Virus record (IMG/VR): IMGVR_UViG_3300037243_000147
Span: 1 to 55,738 of that record
Strand: one strand, 5' to 3'
Source of the DNA: a virus
Taxonomy: Duplodnaviria > Caudoviricetes
Length of the DNA: 55,738 nt
Position 1 is the first letter of the stretch; each line of letters begins with the position of its first letter. Position numbers and translations under genes: made by a program. Under the pieces are notes generated by a model. It was not told where the DNA came from, did not search any database, and was given only the letters and a program-made list of their open reading frames with translations. Below are positions 46,501-55,574 of the stretch, in pieces.

Positions 46501-47522
46501 TCCCGATTGAATGGCTATGGCGTGATAATCCACTCACCCCAATTCCACTTATAGACACGACTCAACTCTCAAAAATATTGGGTGCTTACGTTAATAGCGA
46601 GGCCATATTCGTATACATCGGGCAGGACGGGAACAGACACAGACTAACCTGGAATTCAGAGTACAATAGATGGCGCAATGACAATGTGCCTGCCACTGCA
46701 CTCTACTTGGAGGCCGATACTAACACTCTCGTCTACTCCATCCCCATTACTATCCCCGGTACAGGCTCAGGCTGGGTGATAGTGTACGACTCCTACTCAC
46801 AGGACTATGATGACGGCGGCTGGGTAGCAGGAGTATTAGCACAATCTCCCATCCCTATCACCCTGCAAACTCCATACCTGGATGCAGGCGCTCCCAATAA
46901 TCAGAAACAATTCAATGTCTTGACTATAGACGCAAACCCGAATGGTCAGATACTCACTCCCACACTACTATTCGATGGCAATAATGGAAATGTGGCTACT
47001 GTCATCCCCTCCCCCGCTACTTTTACAGGGGCCGTGAGAAATAAATTTGTATTCCAGATTGCAGCCGGATTCGGGCAGCAAGCCTACGAGATATCCCTGC
47101 AAATCACCGGAGCCGTGACCGCCGCGCCCATTCTATATCAGGCTGAAATGTACGCGGCAGTGTTAGCCGATCAACGGTCGAGCTACGATACATACTGGGT
47201 AACTCTGTCTAATACTAATGAGACTAAACTGGTCAAACAGTGTTTCGTGGACTATACAACTATCGCTGGAAATACACTGCTATTGGAGATATTCGCGGAC
47301 GGTAATCTGACTCCATACTTCACGATAGTCTTACCTGAGAATACTAGCCGTAGCGAAGTCCCTATGAGGGTGAGATTCCCAGCTAAGATATTGAGACTGT
47401 TCCGAATGATCATCACCAGTACAGCTAAATATCAGTTGTGGAGTCCAGTGCAATTGATGTGGAAGATGAACGCGACCCAAAGCGGATTCCAACGCTTAGA
47501 CTTAGGAGACACAACGCCATGA
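43506..47522 (+). CDS. tail nozzle / tail tubular protein B-like (beta-propeller) with inserted domains
   Basis: About 1340 aa after the adaptors. PHYLYYAN...YIPCG...GAVAS...DGIRTFKG propeller-type motifs. Confidence 0.65.
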   Translation: MAGTVYKPTVLLLRSKGIQARDAVDRVVEHGYLNMAGCLEREEQAVSSRYGTIILNRDPIGTGTNNYLFTSPPITLTRLKSLTGATFRYAALADGSLWRRATDIQGAYTRILAAATLSGLPFTSLVTTMYESSQPYLLLCDGKQMFKDNGILSAPQQLGIFPPLMPAISAAYAPQFKVFSTFSDYVTRTVTDAVTNSTGTVTSATANFTNADVGLYVIGTNIPAGATIISVTNSTTIIMSIAATGSVSGGTLTITSYNAENGLTISTYNDFLNISGHYYGPQLGGDHYMYQWSLTPNTPSPVPDGALIASAFYTGTYGIKFNSDSFNETFHYVSDDGLYQPVDNFHMDALTTSVTSSSNGTISYSFPATLNLSNYAPADIIVIVMRVLSPGNVSSVSVNFDVAGSNYTSSYYTKTITPVSYQGFISNPLSTDAVTALTDAVLLQSLTGSATTTTPTTTTPTPSTTTNPGTTAGPFGSYPSPSSTSSDVTSLSDQIAQLNPPNLASNGAWSAIYLQKGDFLPVGNANTPGLDWTVITGFQIAIVTNTDGGTEVDFNSLYIQGSPTISGVGTLAGPSSYGGVGYDFRYIYYNAATGTPANPSSIQLFAQTPLNPGETSTLIVLRQAIDIVGQYSPDTQVTHVKLFVRGGLYGDNWRYVDLIPNLPASTPNETIAFISVSGTTVTITTLTVNAFTPNLSIILNGLTSAPALNGQTVAITATPTPSQIQFTFAGLTPTTVITETGTITLTPASLSAFGNSAGLFSYRYILPDTALQQGEILGLANDVPVTSSLQSPINSTLTTPVQSIASPNINYPTFTTVGVAGGLSASFVANQIIVVGNTSNLEQVIAVHQSTGGFTAWFQYSHAIGEPVQAFAVPAQPVPLSAIAYGTVWYAGDTNNPHYLYYANKGYGGECVSPQNYIPCGTPSDPIVLVVNKRGTLFVSTLSTWYQIFPGNPPYAQSTGSKHGAVASFGWGDAEGELYYEAADGIRTFKGSDGTYKSLPIEWLWRDNPLTPIPLIDTTQLSKILGAYVNSEAIFVYIGQDGNRHRLTWNSEYNRWRNDNVPATALYLEADTNTLVYSIPITIPGTGSGWVIVYDSYSQDYDDGGWVAGVLAQSPIPITLQTPYLDAGAPNNQKQFNVLTIDANPNGQILTPTLLFDGNNGNVATVIPSPATFTGAVRNKFVFQIAAGFGQQAYEISLQITGAVTAAPILYQAEMYAAVLADQRSSYDTYWVTLSNTNETKLVKQCFVDYTTIAGNTLLLEIFADGNLTPYFTIVLPENTSRSEVPMRVRFPAKILRLFRMIITSTAKYQLWSPVQLMWKMNATQSGFQRLDLGDTTP

Positions 47523-47845
47523 GTACATCACCATCCACCTCCACCTCCACCTCTACTAATACTCAGACTATTGGCCGCCGTGGCCGCCGCCCCATCCCCC
47601 TGCCAGAATCCCCGCGCTTCGGCGGCTGCATCTCCGCGCCATTCATCTCCCACAAAAACATCCCGTCTCACTTCTGCAACCGCACCGCCACATGGGGGAT
47701 TAGAGGGGTAGGGATATTGTGTAACCCGCATTTCGAGATATACTTCGAGGAACATCCGGAGTTAGAGTTAGGGGATATAGTCAGGCTGAGTGACCGTGAT
47801 TGTCATTTTGGGGATGTCAAATCTGAATCCAGAAAGAGAAAATAA
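47519..47845 (+). CDS. hypothetical protein
   Basis: ATGA overlap with the upstream stop. AGGAG SD. Confidence 0.55.
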   Translation: MSTSPSTSTSTSTNTQTIGRRGRRPIPLPESPRFGGCISAPFISHKNIPSHFCNRTATWGIRGVGILCNPHFEIYFEEHPELELGDIVRLSDRDCHFGDVKSESRKRK

Positions 47846-47852
47846 TACTAGT

Positions 47853-48635
47853 ATGGCTAACACTCCCAATCCCGCCCCCTCCACCCCCCTCCCCCAAGTC
47901 AACTTCACCGAGTCCGATCTCTCATCCCCATCCCAATTCATTGCCCAACTCAACACTACCATGAATAATCACGCCCAAGTCCTCAACCAGTTCCTCGGCT
48001 ACGGCAACAATCAAGGCTCAATACCGATTAGCGGTCAACTGGATTTACAAGGGAATAAAATTACCAATGTAGCGCCCGCAACTACTGGTAGCGATGTCAT
48101 CACCCATGATGTAGCCGAGAGTCGATACTCTGCCCCAGCGCTGAAGAAACACTTTGAGTCAGGCGGTAAGTCATCATTAATCTCATATAGGCAGCTAAAT
48201 AATAACGGTCAAAGGGAGAGTTCCTCATCCTTTCTCAATGATCTTGTCTCAACCGCACCCACCGCTAACACCAGTACCATCTCAGCTACCACCCCCGCCG
48301 GAGGCACTACCTCTGTTACCGTCAGCGCAGGTACATTCTCCAAAGTCGATAACACTATCGTTCATTATCTGAGCCTGACATCATCCCTAGCTGTCCCCGG
48401 CTCAGGTGAAGTCGTTTACTATGTGTTTATTCAGAAACGCTCGACTGAGCTATTCCTGTACCCGACCTCATTTCCTGCCGACACTTGGGCCAACAGAGTC
48501 TCAGCTAGTTTCGACGGAAACACTTTGATCGCGGTTATCGTTCTGAATAGTGGCGGACTCGATACTGTTAATAGTGGAGGCGGTGGCACTCCTCCAATTG
48601 CAGGTGCGAATGTCAGGCTGTTTGGGAGGCTATAG
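47853..48635 (+). CDS. tail/structural protein
   Basis: GQLDLQGNKITNVAPATTGSDVIT fibre-type motif. Confidence 0.6.
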   Translation: MANTPNPAPSTPLPQVNFTESDLSSPSQFIAQLNTTMNNHAQVLNQFLGYGNNQGSIPISGQLDLQGNKITNVAPATTGSDVITHDVAESRYSAPALKKHFESGGKSSLISYRQLNNNGQRESSSSFLNDLVSTAPTANTSTISATTPAGGTTSVTVSAGTFSKVDNTIVHYLSLTSSLAVPGSGEVVYYVFIQKRSTELFLYPTSFPADTWANRVSASFDGNTLIAVIVLNSGGLDTVNSGGGGTPPIAGANVRLFGRL

Positions 48636-48914
48636 ATGGCGTTTCACATCGAAATCATCTCCATCGACAAGGACGGATTCGCTGGAATTATCTCAGCCAA
48701 ATTCCGCATCCACGACGACAGTGATAAGGTGAATGGGGTAGGCAGTACGGAGAAATTCACAATCGGTGCATTAGAGATTGTCGAGAGATATCACGGAAAC
48801 GTCACCGAATGGATCACTACATCCGTCGCGCCCGGTATGCTCGCCCGCCATAAATCCCGAGTCGCTGTCCACTCCGATCTATACTCGCTCAAAGGCAAGC
48901 GACTGCCACTGTGA
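48636..48914 (+). CDS. hypothetical protein
   Basis: GGGAGG SD. Confidence 0.65.
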   Translation: MAFHIEIISIDKDGFAGIISAKFRIHDDSDKVNGVGSTEKFTIGALEIVERYHGNVTEWITTSVAPGMLARHKSRVAVHSDLYSLKGKRLPL

Positions 48915-48923
48915 AAATAATCC

Positions 48924-48953
48924 TTGACGGGGTGGATATCTTTCCACTATATT
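48924..48953 (+). promoter_or_regulatory. sigma70 promoter with palindromic operator in the spacer
   Basis: TTGACG-18-TATATT. The spacer holds GTGGA-N6-TCCAC. Confidence 0.7.
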
Positions 48954-48960
48954 CTCTCTC

Positions 48961-49173
48961 GTGACGACGACTCCCCATGACACCGACAATACCAACAATA
49001 CCAACGACCCCGCCATCGCCACCACTATCGATCATCATCACGGCTTCTCAATACTTCTACGGCTGGACCCTGACGATCTCAAAAAACTGGACAGGCTCGC
49101 CGTGAAAAAGAAACTGACCAGAACGGCGGCAATCAGGGAGTCAATCAGAGCGTGGGCGCGGAGGATATTGTGA
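48961..49173 (+). CDS. ribbon-helix-helix (CopG-like) regulator, leaderless
   Basis: SILLRLDPDDLKKLDRLAVKKKLTRTAAIRESIRAW. GTG is 7 nt after the -10 box. Confidence 0.85.
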   Translation: MTTTPHDTDNTNNTNDPAIATTIDHHHGFSILLRLDPDDLKKLDRLAVKKKLTRTAAIRESIRAWARRIL

Positions 49174-50393
49174 GCGAATCAACCAATGTGTGTGTAGGCT
49201 ATATTACCGCGTGGCGCTGGTGGGGAGTGGCCGAGACTACTCTAATCCCGTCCGGTAATCGCTATATTCGCGACTTCCTTCCGCGTAGTACAGCATGGGA
49301 GAATCATTGGAAGTGGTCGGGGGAGAATATCGCCCGTAACCTGCATGACATCCTGTATGACGTACGGGAGTGCAGTCAGACTGAAATCACCCCCGAAAAC
49401 CAACTGGGATTCTATGCCTTCAAGGATAACGGCATTGAGCACGTAGACAGTGACGCCGTACTGTTTGGTCGTGTAGCTCTATATGGCGATGTCTGCGAAC
49501 ACGAATACGGCTACCGTGCTGAAAAAGCCCGTATCCTTGACGTATACTGCCGCGAAGACTGGTATCCAAAACTATCCCACATCCCGCAAATCAAAGGTAT
49601 ATACAAAATCACTGACAAACCCCCTGTGTTGTCCCCGATAGTTGATAGTGATGGTAACCCATACACTTATGAGGAGAATTGCAAATGTCTTTCATTGGTC
49701 CCAGTAAAGATAGAATCGTGCGGTATGAGCCCATCGGATTCCCCGACGATACCCGAACCTCTAACCCTGACTATCCGCAGCTGCAGCGCGAGCGCGAACC
49801 TGACCGTGAGCATGTTGGGGTCGAGCCTGTACGATCAGCTCCAGTATCTGTGCCCGCTGATTTCCACAACTATCGGTACTGACGGGAAGTATCTCAACTC
49901 GACTCTCTACGCGCCCGAGACTAGCCTCCCTGCCATCATCGAACCTGTCGGCGACTATTGCTCAATCTGTAACTGCCGCATTCTCGCCACTGATGCTGTA
50001 GTGGTCGCGCACTGTTTCCCTGACGACTACCAACAGAAAATCATTGACAATACGTTTGAGTTTGTCAAGGTAATGACGCACTGGGATTGCGAGACTCAAA
50101 TCCGCTGTAACGACGACAATCTAATTCCACTCACTGAGATAGATTCGGTAGCGTTCTATGGTAACCACAATGGTAACTATTGCCACTGGTATACCTACGG
50201 CTACGGCTATACCTATGGCGGGATCATGCGCTCTGACAACCCTATAACCTCTATCCCGCCATCCGATCCCGTGCCTGGATTTATCCACGGACAGCGATAC
50301 AATATGTATCCGGATAAGGCTGAGTCCAAGCCTAAACACAGTGGCGGCAAGAAGACGAAAAATTGGAAGCAGGAGAGGATGTGGCAGGCATGA
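49152..50393 (+). CDS. conserved phage protein (AWRxW...GFYA...GRVALYG..EH..GYRA) with long C-terminal extension
   Basis: Motif recognition of the N-terminal ~170 aa. Confidence 0.6.
   Translation: MGAEDIVSESTNVCVGYITAWRWWGVAETTLIPSGNRYIRDFLPRSTAWENHWKWSGENIARNLHDILYDVRECSQTEITPENQLGFYAFKDNGIEHVDSDAVLFGRVALYGDVCEHEYGYRAEKARILDVYCREDWYPKLSHIPQIKGIYKITDKPPVLSPIVDSDGNPYTYEENCKCLSLVPVKIESCGMSPSDSPTIPEPLTLTIRSCSASANLTVSMLGSSLYDQLQYLCPLISTTIGTDGKYLNSTLYAPETSLPAIIEPVGDYCSICNCRILATDAVVVAHCFPDDYQQKIIDNTFEFVKVMTHWDCETQIRCNDDNLIPLTEIDSVAFYGNHNGNYCHWYTYGYGYTYGGIMRSDNPITSIPPSDPVPGFIHGQRYNMYPDKAESKPKHSGGKKTKNWKQERMWQA
49685..49882 (+). CDS. nested small Pro/Glu-rich protein in an alternative frame
   Basis: GAGGAG SD 8 nt before ATG. 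MSFIGPSKDRIVRYEPI...REREPDREHV. Confidence 0.55.
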   Translation: MSFIGPSKDRIVRYEPIGFPDDTRTSNPDYPQLQREREPDREHVGVEPVRSAPVSVPADFHNYRY

Positions 50394-50791
50394 GTAATGA
50401 TAATGGTAAAGGTAAACTCATCAACCACGGCATATTCAATCTCGGACAGGCCAACAACGAATCCGACGAGAATGAGGTATTCACCGAGACTATCAAGGTG
50501 TCAGACTGGGCAGCCAGGGGTGATGTCAATACCGCCGAATTGACTCGAATACTTCGTCAAATCGCCAAAGTGGCTAACTACATGGGCGGAAATATCATGA
50601 GGGTATCGGCAATGTCTGCTACAGGTAAAGACGCTGGCGCAGGCTCGCCGATCACTCAGGCTGTATTACAGATAGCGTCTGTGTCCGAGGGCATGGCAAT
50701 ACAATTAGAGCGGGCCGCGACTCAAATCATGCCTGCCAATGGACCTATATTTCCGGGTAATACTAGTGGCCATCCGACAGGGAGGGCATAG
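50390..50791 (+). CDS. hypothetical protein
   Basis: ATGA overlap with the upstream stop. Confidence 0.65.
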   Translation: MSNDNGKGKLINHGIFNLGQANNESDENEVFTETIKVSDWAARGDVNTAELTRILRQIAKVANYMGGNIMRVSAMSATGKDAGAGSPITQAVLQIASVSEGMAIQLERAATQIMPANGPIFPGNTSGHPTGRA

Positions 50792-51228
50792 TGCAAAGGT
50801 TCGAGTTTGACTACTTTGAGCGATTCAGTTTCTTCGCTATCCATGCCCTCTACCACAAACTGATAGTATTGATTATCGCTATCAGTCTGTCTCTATTGGC
50901 GTTCAGACTCGCTACCGATCCCCTTGCTATCATCCTCCTGCTCTCATCTATAACCCTAGCTATACTGTTTGAGGCGTGGATGACTTACAACTACGAGGGG
51001 TATCTACACTCCAAATACCCTCTCAATCTCCCTGTCGAAATCGAACGGATGCAAAAGGTAGTTGACAGTAGTAGTGTGGGTATCGGGTCAAAATACAACT
51101 ATACTGGCCCCACCAACTACACTACCATAGCCTATGCCACCACTATCATTCTCGGACTATCCACGATAGTTGCGTTTGTCATGGGGATGTTAAGACTAGC
51201 TCTACTGTGCGGAGGTCAACAGTCATGA
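50791..51228 (+). CDS. multi-pass membrane protein
   Basis: About three hydrophobic helices. GGGAGG SD. Confidence 0.65.
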   Translation: MQRFEFDYFERFSFFAIHALYHKLIVLIIAISLSLLAFRLATDPLAIILLLSSITLAILFEAWMTYNYEGYLHSKYPLNLPVEIERMQKVVDSSSVGIGSKYNYTGPTNYTTIAYATTIILGLSTIVAFVMGMLRLALLCGGQQS

Positions 51229-51584
51229 CCGATACCAATACCAATACCAATACCGATACTATTCTCAATATGCCCGATATCACCTCCCGAATCCTCACTA
51301 TCCTCTCCGTATACTCAGGCATAGACATCGACTCCATCACCTGTGAGAGTGGACCCAACACTCCTATCAGTAGTCTTGATTTCGACTCGCTGGAGATGGT
51401 TGAGGTAGTGCAGGAGTTAGAGAAGGAGTTCAGTATCGACATTAGTGATAGCGATATTGAGCGATTAGTAACTGTAGGAGAGCTGGTGGAGTATGTCGCT
51501 CGGAAAGTGAATGAGCAGAAGATTGCCGAATACAAGGCTACCAATGCTGAGATTGTAAGAGGATTCGATGACGGAGAGTTATAG
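51225..51584 (+). CDS. acpP: acyl carrier protein
   Basis: LDFDSLEMVEVVQELEKEFSIDISDSDIERLVTVGELVEYV matches ACP helices II-IV with the DSL phosphopantetheine Ser. GGAGGT SD. Confidence 0.9.
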   Translation: MTDTNTNTNTDTILNMPDITSRILTILSVYSGIDIDSITCESGPNTPISSLDFDSLEMVEVVQELEKEFSIDISDSDIERLVTVGELVEYVARKVNEQKIAEYKATNAEIVRGFDDGEL

Positions 51585-52335
51585 CAGGAGTAAGGATAAG
51601 GATATTGATCCGCTACTAGCTCTAGCTGACGATCATTACACTCTCGGCCCGTGTAAGGTTATTCTCTATAACCGCACCAAGACTGCATTATTCGGTGACG
51701 ATCTACTATCCCGGCTATACGATGCCTGTCTAGCCTCGCGTCCATCCCACCCATTCGGAATACTCCCGTCAGCTATGTGCGGCATGGTTGATCTGAGCCG
51801 TGACGCCATGATCAGCTATTGGGCCACTAGAAATCCACTTCTGCTACTAACACTCGATCACAAGTCATACTCAGCTAAATCTGTCCTCGATGTCCGTAGC
51901 TCACCAATTCTGACAGACGGTACTATCGTGGCCGGATTCTCATTCATCACTGCCTTCCAAGGTGCGGCTATATCTCTAAATGGTGGTCCACAGCCAATGG
52001 GAGAGAGATCGGCATTAGGAGCCTATCTGTATTTCCGTCCGTTCTGGGGGACGCCGGAGATAGAAATCCTAAATTTATTGGGTTTATCTCTGTATTTTCA
52101 CAACTACAAGTTATCGGCTATCCACGGACAACGATTCGCGTATAACGTGGCCACTGAAAAATTCATGCGAAGATTTGGGAGTAGAGATGTCGGCACCCTC
52201 CAACGATTCCTAGCCGACCGCAAAGATGGGCGTGCAGACGGTGAAATTATACTGTCAGATTGCATTGTGTCTGAACTACTCAGGGAAAATTTCATTGAGT
52301 ATGTTTCTCGCCAACTACTTAGCCTGATCCCCTAA
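51568..52335 (+). CDS. GNAT-like acyl/acetyltransferase
   Basis: IVAGF...YLYFRPFWG...AIHGQRFAYNVATEKFMRRFGSRDVGTL resembles RimJ/RimL-type GNAT motifs. Position before the ejection proteins, as for T7 gp13-like genes. Confidence 0.6.
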   Translation: MTESYSRSKDKDIDPLLALADDHYTLGPCKVILYNRTKTALFGDDLLSRLYDACLASRPSHPFGILPSAMCGMVDLSRDAMISYWATRNPLLLLTLDHKSYSAKSVLDVRSSPILTDGTIVAGFSFITAFQGAAISLNGGPQPMGERSALGAYLYFRPFWGTPEIEILNLLGLSLYFHNYKLSAIHGQRFAYNVATEKFMRRFGSRDVGTLQRFLADRKDGRADGEIILSDCIVSELLRENFIEYVSRQLLSLIP

Positions 52336-52393
52336 TTCTTCCCCGCCCTCTACCCCTACCCCGCCAAACTAGATTACCATTGGGCGGTATAGT

Positions 52394-53020
52394 GTGAGTG
52401 CCGGAGGACGGGCTGTGGGCGGAAAGAGCAGCGGGGTTTCGACTCAGGTCAGTGCGGGCGAACAGGCTAACAGCAACGCACTTACCCAAGTCGCGGTCGG
52501 TCAGGCCGCAAACTCACAGCAGCTCTACAATCTCACCGAGCCCGGTCTCGCTCAATCCGAGAACTTCTACCAGACTCTTGCTGCCGGTGACCCCGCCGCT
52601 ATCATGAAGGCTATAGCCCCAACCGCACAGGGGGCGTCAGACTCGGCTACAGCCGCCAAAGCCAACATCATGGCTAATAGCCCGACAGGCGGCGAAAAGA
52701 ATTTAGCGTTAGAACAGGTCCAAGCTGGCCAAGGCGCGACTATTGCCAAGACTATCTCCGGGGCTACCACTGGCGCATATCAAAACTTAGGAGCGTTGGC
52801 GGGCCAAGGGGTAGGCGAGAGCATATCGGCCAGTGGAGCGGCCACTAGCGCGTATGGTACAGCTAATCAGGGACTAGGACAGTTAGGCAGCCAGCAAATC
52901 CAAGCTCAGCAAATCAATGCCCAAGAAAAGGGCGCGACACTGGGCGCGGTATCGGGACTAGGCGGCTCGGTAATGCAGGCAGCAGGCGCGGCGGGTAGCT
53001 TTGGGGATTTATTCGGTTAG
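52394..53020 (+). CDS. DNA ejection / internal virion protein (small, G/A/Q-rich)
   Basis: N-terminal GGKSS, Ala/Gly/Gln-rich helices, hydrophobic Gly-rich C-terminus (P22 gp7-like composition). Confidence 0.6.
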   Translation: MSAGGRAVGGKSSGVSTQVSAGEQANSNALTQVAVGQAANSQQLYNLTEPGLAQSENFYQTLAAGDPAAIMKAIAPTAQGASDSATAAKANIMANSPTGGEKNLALEQVQAGQGATIAKTISGATTGAYQNLGALAGQGVGESISASGAATSAYGTANQGLGQLGSQQIQAQQINAQEKGATLGAVSGLGGSVMQAAGAAGSFGDLFG

Positions 53021-53045
53021 GACATAAAGGGGGAGGAATTGACAG

Positions 53046-55574
53046 ATGCCACCACAGACACAGAGCGTAGTTGACGATCCCAATGCCGTTGCCGCCCCAC
53101 CTGTCCCCGGTACTCCTACTGCCCCCGCTAACCCTGACCCCGCCTCATGGGATCCTGTGCATTACACTGCCCCCACTCCCGACCCTAACCTTCCCACCCC
53201 CGTTAAAGCTCCTGCCGTGCCTGACACCGCCAACCCTACCCAAGGCCAGGATCTCGCATTCGGGGGTGGCGTTAAGGGCGCTATTGGTACTGTCGCTACC
53301 CTCGCAAACTCATTTCTAACCGGAGCTATCAAGGGTAGTCAGCAATTCCAGCAAAAGCAAATAGCGATGGCTGGAAAGAAAATAGAGGCGGTGCAGTCGA
53401 GTAAGAATGCAGCCTCCGATAAGATGTACGACCTAGCCCAGCACCCTGACATCAAGCCTATACTCCGAAAGCAGATGGCTGACCCTAAATATCAGCTCAC
53501 ACCCGAAGAGATGAAAACCGTGCAGCCGTTTATCGAGGCCCGTAATCAGTCCCATGCTCTGAACGACATCCTCGGACAGATGCAGACTGCATACGCTCAG
53601 AGTCAGTACGGGGGTAAAGGGAAAGGAAAGGGTAAGAAGGGGGATGGCGGGGGAGGGGATGCGGTAGATTTGTCGGCGCTGATGAATCCAAATGCGTCTA
53701 TCGAGGACAAGACAAAGGCGGCAATAGCATTCAGAGCCAAAGCTGGGGACATTGCGGATTACAGAGTGACAGCATTACTATCACAGCCCGAACCAGTACG
53801 AAGCCCCGATGAGCGCCAGAACTCTCTCTATGCCCAGATTGACGATCTTAATCACAAGCTCAATCGCACTGAAGCTGACAATGCCAAACTCAAATCCATG
53901 AGCGACGAGTATGACGCTAACAAGAAGCGGTTGGAGGCCACTCCCAAAGCATCCACTACCGGCCCAAAAGTAATGGGGATAGGCGTAGACTCTGCTGGGA
54001 AGGAAGCCCCTTTAATCTGGGATAACGAGTCTCAGGCTATGGTTCCGGCCAAACTCCCAGAGGGGTACGATCTGGTAAAAAAGCCGTCCACAGGCTCTAT
54101 CCGCAAGCCCGATCACTTTGATGATTTTAAGGCACAGGTAGCGCGAGAGGCTGGGATTGATGTCAAAGATTTAAGTGCATCCTCACTACTCGCTCTGAAT
54201 AGAGCATTTGCTGACTCTCATAAGACAGGTTCGTTCAGCAACGGAGTCTACCACTATCAAGACACATCTACTGGACAAGAGGTAGAAGTCCCAATCACCC
54301 ACAGCACTCCGGCCCCAGCATTGAATGTGCCGAAAGTGTCAGCATCTCAAGGGGCTATACCCAAAGCCCCCTCTGTGCCCTCTACATCGCCAGCCACCGC
54401 TACTAAGGCTATCAATCCCTATCCCAACCCAGAAGATCAGCCGCCCGACGTGTCCATGAAATTCAACCAGTCATGGACGAAACCGGATTGGAAACTAACT
54501 GTACTCCCACCCGAGGAGGAAGCTAAGTTCCAGATATGGGCAAAACAGAATCCCAATTCTGTCCGAGGTGAATTAGACAACCCGAAAGCCGATTACGATG
54601 TTCGCGCTCACTGGGCGGCGGCACAGAGAGGTGATCCCGAGGCGAGTCTCAAATTAAACGAATGGGACGGCAAGATGCATGGCAATGACAAATTCAAGAC
54701 CCCCTATAACGGGACATTCTCAAACGAGTCCATGTATGCCACTCCCGACGCCCCTCGGTGGCAAGGTGACAAGTTAGTAACTAAAGACGGGCAGCTAGTT
54801 ACTGATGAGACACCTAAGCCGAAAGCCCCTGCCGTACCTCTACAGGCTGTCGCCAGTCAGGTCAAACACGCTAAAACCCACGCTCCCGCGACCCAATCTG
54901 CTTCGGCATCCAATACAGCTACAGCTCCCAAGCCTGCCCGAGCCCCCGCCGCCACTAGCGCTAACACCCTGCCTCCCGGCTCTCCAAAAGGTGCTCGCGT
55001 AATCGGCTCTACCATGTCTGCCGCCGAGAAAATGGATGCCCGCGAGATTATCGCTGCCGGGAAAGATGCCCGCTCTCTGGACGCCGCCCTTGCCACCATG
55101 GACGACTACGTAGGCGGAATCAAATCCGGCACAGTCCCCCGCGACTCCCGCAAAGATTTAGACCTGATGATCGGTGCTGTCCGCGCCATGAACCCCGGCT
55201 CCCGCCGCCTTCCGCAGCAGGAATTGAAAATGGAAATCGAAGCCGGATCATGGGATCAGGTCATGGGCAGAAAGTTGTCAGTGTGGTCCAAAGGTACTAT
55301 CCCCGACGACCAGCGCACATCCCTGTACAATATTCTGAAAGATGAGACTACAAAATTCAGTTCATCTGTAGCTCGCGATTACGAGACAAAACTCCCGCAA
55401 CTATCTCTGCCCGATCATCTAAAGCGGTATGCCACAAAAAGGGAAGGGGGTAGCGGCATGGGTGTAAGTCTATCCGACGCCCGCAAACTCCCGTTCAACA
55501 AGGGTAAATCGGACGCTGAAATTACCAAAGACTTGGAATCTCGCGGACATACGGTACTCCCTGATGGCCACTAA
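53046..55574 (+). CDS. large internal virion / ejection protein
   Basis: 842 aa, Pro-rich linkers, EEAKFQIW...DYDVRAHW...DKFKTP...FSNESMY domain. Gene order. Confidence 0.55.
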   Translation: MPPQTQSVVDDPNAVAAPPVPGTPTAPANPDPASWDPVHYTAPTPDPNLPTPVKAPAVPDTANPTQGQDLAFGGGVKGAIGTVATLANSFLTGAIKGSQQFQQKQIAMAGKKIEAVQSSKNAASDKMYDLAQHPDIKPILRKQMADPKYQLTPEEMKTVQPFIEARNQSHALNDILGQMQTAYAQSQYGGKGKGKGKKGDGGGGDAVDLSALMNPNASIEDKTKAAIAFRAKAGDIADYRVTALLSQPEPVRSPDERQNSLYAQIDDLNHKLNRTEADNAKLKSMSDEYDANKKRLEATPKASTTGPKVMGIGVDSAGKEAPLIWDNESQAMVPAKLPEGYDLVKKPSTGSIRKPDHFDDFKAQVAREAGIDVKDLSASSLLALNRAFADSHKTGSFSNGVYHYQDTSTGQEVEVPITHSTPAPALNVPKVSASQGAIPKAPSVPSTSPATATKAINPYPNPEDQPPDVSMKFNQSWTKPDWKLTVLPPEEEAKFQIWAKQNPNSVRGELDNPKADYDVRAHWAAAQRGDPEASLKLNEWDGKMHGNDKFKTPYNGTFSNESMYATPDAPRWQGDKLVTKDGQLVTDETPKPKAPAVPLQAVASQVKHAKTHAPATQSASASNTATAPKPARAPAATSANTLPPGSPKGARVIGSTMSAAEKMDAREIIAAGKDARSLDAALATMDDYVGGIKSGTVPRDSRKDLDLMIGAVRAMNPGSRRLPQQELKMEIEAGSWDQVMGRKLSVWSKGTIPDDQRTSLYNILKDETTKFSSSVARDYETKLPQLSLPDHLKRYATKREGGSGMGVSLSDARKLPFNKGKSDAEITKDLESRGHTVLPDGH

